Below are positions 18,231 through 22,821 of a stretch of 22,821 nt of DNA, one piece after another. Made by a program: the position numbers and the translations under genes. Below the pieces are notes generated by a model that was not told the DNA's origin, searched no databases, and saw nothing but the letters and a program-made list of their open reading frames with translations. Position 1 is the stretch's first letter. Each line of letters starts with the position of its first letter. The stretch comes from Octopus sinensis. Lineage: Eukaryota. The DNA lies in the NCBI RefSeq assembly GCF_006345805.1, contig NW_021836742.1, forward strand, positions 1 through 22,821. Reading direction: 5' to 3'.

Positions 18231-19263
18231 GCAAAAAATGGGTTGTGCACACTTGAGTACCAACAAAGATACACACACATGTGATTTTGTGGCTTGCATG
18301 CTCTTCCTAATGGCGTTAGTATCATAACCAAAGTGAAATTACCTCAACGCGCGCGGAGAAAAAAACTCAATCCAATGGATACGAACGCGCAAATATTTAC
18401 CTCAAGGGATTTAGTTATGCCCCTTTACGATCTGAGTTCAAATCGTACCAAGCTAAACGTCACTCTTCTCCCCTCCACGAAATTCACTACCAGTTATTTA
18501 TATACTGATGATCAATTCCGGTAATAGTCCGTCCATAGACTCACACATCTGTGCTACTGTGCCCCGATTTAAAAACCATAAACTACAACTGAGCCTAAAT
18601 AGGGTTTTGTTAGTTATCTCCCTTGGAAATCACATGAACTCATAACCGCAAGGAATAATAGGGCATGCAGTAGTTTCCCTTAGATCAAAAGTTATTGAGG
18701 CTTTCGTGATTAGAAGAGGAAATCGTCGTAACTTTTTGCCTCTCGGTATGAGATTCGGCGAGATAAATTCAAAGCAACCGATACTTCAGTTCCGGTTATT
18801 TTTACTTATTTAAAGGATGAGGATTATTATTGTTTTTCTTATTGATGTTATATTTTGTTTTATCAAATACATGAAACAGAATTGTTTTCAGAATAACAAA
18901 AGGAGTCGAGATGGGGAAATTGAATTTTAAATTCGAATTGAAATTCTGTAAATACTAGATTTATGAAGTTACATATAAAATTTAAATTACATTTTCTATT
19001 TTCATTCTTTTTTTAACATTCAATTGTTATCTTTGTTTAATTTTATTCCTCTGGCAAATTTAATTCGATTTTTACCTCACAACGTGGGTTTTGTGACAGG
19101 GCACGCGCGTGTGTGTATAGACATATACGTGTGTGAATAAATGTATTTATGTACGAAAATGAACATGAATATATGAATGTATGCAAATATAATGATATAA
19201 GTATTCATTCACCCAGTCTACGTATATATATCGATATTCATCCACCCATGTACACACACGCAC

Positions 19264-19294
<31 letters not shown>

Positions 19295-19485
19295 ACACAC
19301 ACACACACGCACACATACATAAATATACATCCCTCCCTACCAGCAACCATCCATATGTACGTACGTATGTACTTACGAACGTGCATACGTACATACATAT
19401 ATACATGCATGCATGCATACATATATACATACATACATACACAAACGCAAGCATACATGCATACACACATATACATACATAACAT

Positions 19486-19526
<41 letters not shown>

Positions 19527-19540
19527 TATACATAAATATA

Positions 19541-19784
19541 TTGGGTTGGTGCATAATTTTTGCGGCTTTTTTTCAAAAAAGTTTTTGGGATCAGAAACAA
19601 TAACAACATGTAACAAAACCATCTTTAAATGATTATTCCGGAGCATATTCACCATCCACTTCAATTACTGCTTACTATTTGTTTGGTATAGCGTCATTTA
19701 AAGATGTTTTTGTTAATTATTGTTATTGTTTTTATTGAATAAAGTTTGTTGAAAAAAAGCCGAAATAATTATGCACCGACCCAA
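19541..19784. mobile_element. mariner-type MITE
   Basis: TIRs TTGGGTTGGTGCATAATT.. and ..AATTATGCACCGACCCAA (33 bp with 3 mismatches, loosely to about 44 bp), flanked by TA on both sides (19539-19540, 19785-19786); internal inverted CATCTTTAAATGA/TCATTTAAAGATG; no ORF. Confidence 0.88.
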
Positions 19785-19851
19785 TACATACACATACCTA
19801 CCTACCTACCTAACAGCATCCACCCGCCCACAGAAACGTACATACGTATAT

Positions 19852-20183
19852 ACTCTTTATTCTTTAATCTTTTATTTGTTTCACTCATTTGATTGTGGCC
19901 ATGCTGGAGCACTGCCTATAGTCGAGCAAATCAAACCCAGGACTTATTCTTTGTAAGCCTAGTACTTATTATATCGGTCACTTTTGCCGAACCGCTAAGT
20001 TACGCGGACGTAACACACCACAAATCGGTTGTCAAGCGATGTTGGAGGATAAACACAGACACACAACAAACAAACACACACACACACACACCACACACAC
20101 ATACATACATAAATATATATATACATATAATATTAATATATATATAGAGAGAGAGAGAGAGAGGAGAGAAGAGAGAGAGAGAG

Positions 20184-20260
<77 letters not shown>

Positions 20261-20444
20261 TACATATACATATATACGACGGGCTTTTTTCAGTTTCCAT
20301 CTACCAAATCCACTCACAAGGCTTTGGTCGGCCCGAGGCTATAGTAGAAGATAGTAGACAACACTTGCCCAAGATGCCACGCAGTGGGAATTAACCCGGA
20401 AACATGTGGTTGGTAAGCAAGCTACTTACCACACAGATGCTCCG
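19852..20444 (-). mobile_element. SINE family A with a large internal (CA)/(TA)/(GA)/(GATA) compound microsatellite
   Basis: Both SINE halves align to family A on either side of about 20060-20275. Confidence 0.88.
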
Positions 20445-20491
20445 TACATACATACATACATACATACATAATTGCTTACATGCATATTCAC

Positions 20492-20619
20492 ATATGTCAG
20501 GTCGCGCTATTTGTAACATGTAAACCAGAACAACTTGTTGCACAGTTGGGTCGTTGGTGACTGAACTATGAACCTCAAAGAAGACTTGTTTGGTGAGGAG
20601 GGCAGCTTTCTCATACACA
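20492..20619 (-). other. Candidate internal coding exon of an unidentified gene
   Basis: Non-repetitive and GC-richer; preceded on minus by TTTTGTTTTTCATCCCGCAG and followed by GTGAAT; open frame VYEKAALLTKQVFFEVHSSVTNDPTVQQVVLVYMLQIARPDI. Protein not recognised. Confidence 0.3.
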
Positions 20620-20866
20620 CTGCGGGATGAAAAACAAAACATGCCAAAAGGCGAATGAACTCAGAGACGCCAAAGACGAACCCTGATTATTATATGTGCA
20701 TATACATATTTGTATGTGCGTATGTTTACATAAGACGCATGTGGGGCAGGGCACACCTACTAGAAGCCTGCTGTGTTTGTCGTCTTACACCATCTTACTG
20801 ATATGCATGTACGTGTGAGTATGCGTGTGCGCTTGTGTCTCTGTGTGTGCGTGTGAGCTTCTGTCT

Positions 20867-21035
20867 GTCGTTACGTTCTGAGTTCAAATTCCGCGGAGGG
20901 CGACTTTGCCTTTCATCCTTGCGGGGTCGATAAATAAAGTACCAGTTTCGCACTGGGGTCGATGTAATCGACTTAATCCCTTTTTCTGTCCTTGTTTGGC
21001 CACTCTATGTTTAGCCCCTTGTGGGTAGTAAAGAA
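20867..21035 (+). mobile_element. SINE family B (5'-truncated)
   Basis: GTTACGTTCTGAGTTCAAATTCC..GCCTTTCATCC..GTGGGTAGTAAAGAAATA. Confidence 0.88.
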
Positions 21036-21314
21036 ATATGTGTGTGCGTGTGAGCGTGTGTGCATGCGTTTGTGTGCGTGGCTGTGTGTTTGTTTGTGTG
21101 TGTGCGCGTGTGTGTGTCTGTATGTGAGCGTTTATGTTTGTATGTGTTTGTGTTTGATATTTGTGTATGGTGCATATGTGTGCGTATGAGTGAGTTTGTG
21201 TGTGTGTGTGTGCATGACTTTTTGGGTGTACGTCGCTGTATGTTTGTCTGTGTTTTTGTATATGTGAGCGTGTGTGCGTTTGCAGGTGGTAAGTGTGTGG
21301 TGCATGTGAATGTG
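21036..21314. repeat. Degenerate (TG)n tract
   Basis: Directly visible. Confidence 0.9.
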
Positions 21315-21590
21315 TGTTACGCACTGGGGTCGATATAATCGACTAATCCATTTGTCTGTCCTTGTTTGTCCCCTCTGTGTGTAGCCCCTTGTGGGCAGAA
21401 AAGAAATAAGAATCGTCAGCAAGCCAAGCGAAAAACCTTAGCATCATTTCGTCCGTCTTTACGTTCTGAGTTCAAATTCCGCCGAGGTCGACTTTACCTC
21501 TAATTTTTTTTTCGAGGTCGATAAAATAAGTCTTCACCCCCATTCAAAAAACTACCTAGCCCTGTTCCAAAATATGAAACCATTATTATT
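21315..21590 (+). mobile_element. SINE B 3' half followed head-to-tail by another SINE B with the alternative tail
   Basis: GTTACGCACTGGGGTCGA..AAGAAATA (to about 21408), then head remnant, GAGTTCAAATTCCGCCGAGGTCGAC and ..CCAAAATATGAAACC. Confidence 0.75.
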
Positions 21591-21884
21591 ATCATTATTA
21601 TTAAGCGCGAACCTACAAAAAATACAAATTAATAATGGTTTAGTGAATAGTAATTGATCAAAACACCCAGGTCAAGTTTTACCTTTAAAATACATACCAG
21701 TAAGATACTGAGGTCAGTTTAATCGTCTATATACAAAAGAATGGCCTTTTGTTTAGCTAGAAGAAATCAATATTGTTTATATAATATAATCTTTTGCCAA
21801 CGAAGAAATCAATATGGTTGACTTATAAAAGCAAAATGAATCTTGTTTATTATTATTTGTGTGTGGTGAATACGTTTCAGTTAG

Positions 21885-22420
21885 AATGTATGTGTGTGAA
21901 TGAGTGTGAGTGAGTGTGTGCACGTGTGTGTGTGCATGTGTGTCTGTGTGTGTATGTGTGTGTACTTGTGTGTGTACTTGTGTGTGTGTGTGTGTGTGTT
22001 ATGTGTCTTCAAATACAAACATAGGTATATGCGTACATACAAACAAGGAGACAAAAATAATTACATATGTAGGTTTACATGCGTGCATATATACATATTC
22101 ATGTATGTGTGTATGGTATGTGTCTGTGTATGTGTGTGGTTGTGAGTGTGCGTGTTTGTGTTCGCATGTACGTGTATAAAATATATATATAGTATATATA
22201 TATATAATATATATATATATGTTAATAAAATATATGCATATATATAAACATATATGTACGTACCTACCTCACCTGTACATATACACGCATATATTATATA
22301 TATATATATCCATAGTGGTGTGTGAATAACCATACATACATACATATTTATATACACACTCGTATACACATGCTATAAATACACATGCACATATATACAC
22401 GTACATATATATGCATATGT

Positions 22421-22451
<31 letters not shown>

Positions 22452-22628
22452 CATATATATGCACATAGATTTATATATGCATATTCATATACATAGATAT
22501 AGATGCATATACATATTACATAGATAATCACATACATTTACATACATCCATAAATAATATACAAACATACGTAAACACACTAATATATATAATATGTGCG
22601 TGTGTGTTGATATATATATGATAATATG

Positions 22629-22666
<38 letters not shown>

Positions 22667-22690
22667 TATATATATAACATATATAAACAT
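21885..22690. repeat. Extended (TG)/(TA)/(CATA) low-complexity region
   Basis: Directly visible; explains all ORFs from 21900 to 22773. Confidence 0.9.
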
Positions 22691-22821
22691 ATCCTCTTAC
22701 AACTTTGACTTAGAAGACATTCGCTTATGGTAATAATAATAATCAAAGACGTTCTTACTTTACATTTTACCATAGGAATTAATTATGATTGAACACACTA
22801 TAGAAATAACATTAGATTAAA

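Noticed and set aside
18505-18530. CTGATGA core
   Set aside because: No downstream GAAA or stems.

Overview
AT-rich, microsatellite-dense eukaryotic non-coding DNA with no intact protein-coding gene, rRNA, true tRNA or CRISPR array. The SINE families resemble those I recall from octopus genomes; that assignment is inference, not a database result. Nearly all ORFs in the track are translations of simple repeats or antisense SINE. Supported content: three tRNA-derived SINE families (called A, B, C here); a fragmented pogo/Tigger-type DD32D transposase fossil (6292-7865, minus) split by a SINE with a target-site duplication, plus two further pogo pieces; a non-autonomous Helitron (8734-9326, minus) with an exactly duplicated 3' end; a mariner-type MITE (19541-19784); and several long fold-back palindromes. 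The most notable signal is four reasonably complete and one weaker minimal type I hammerhead-ribozyme motifs (548, 9754, 13821, 17438; weaker 1876). They lie in ORF-less repeats resembling Penelope-like terminal-repeat or retrozyme remnants. All carry decay mutations, and two share a CCGANGA core variant. Alignments and counts were done by eye.
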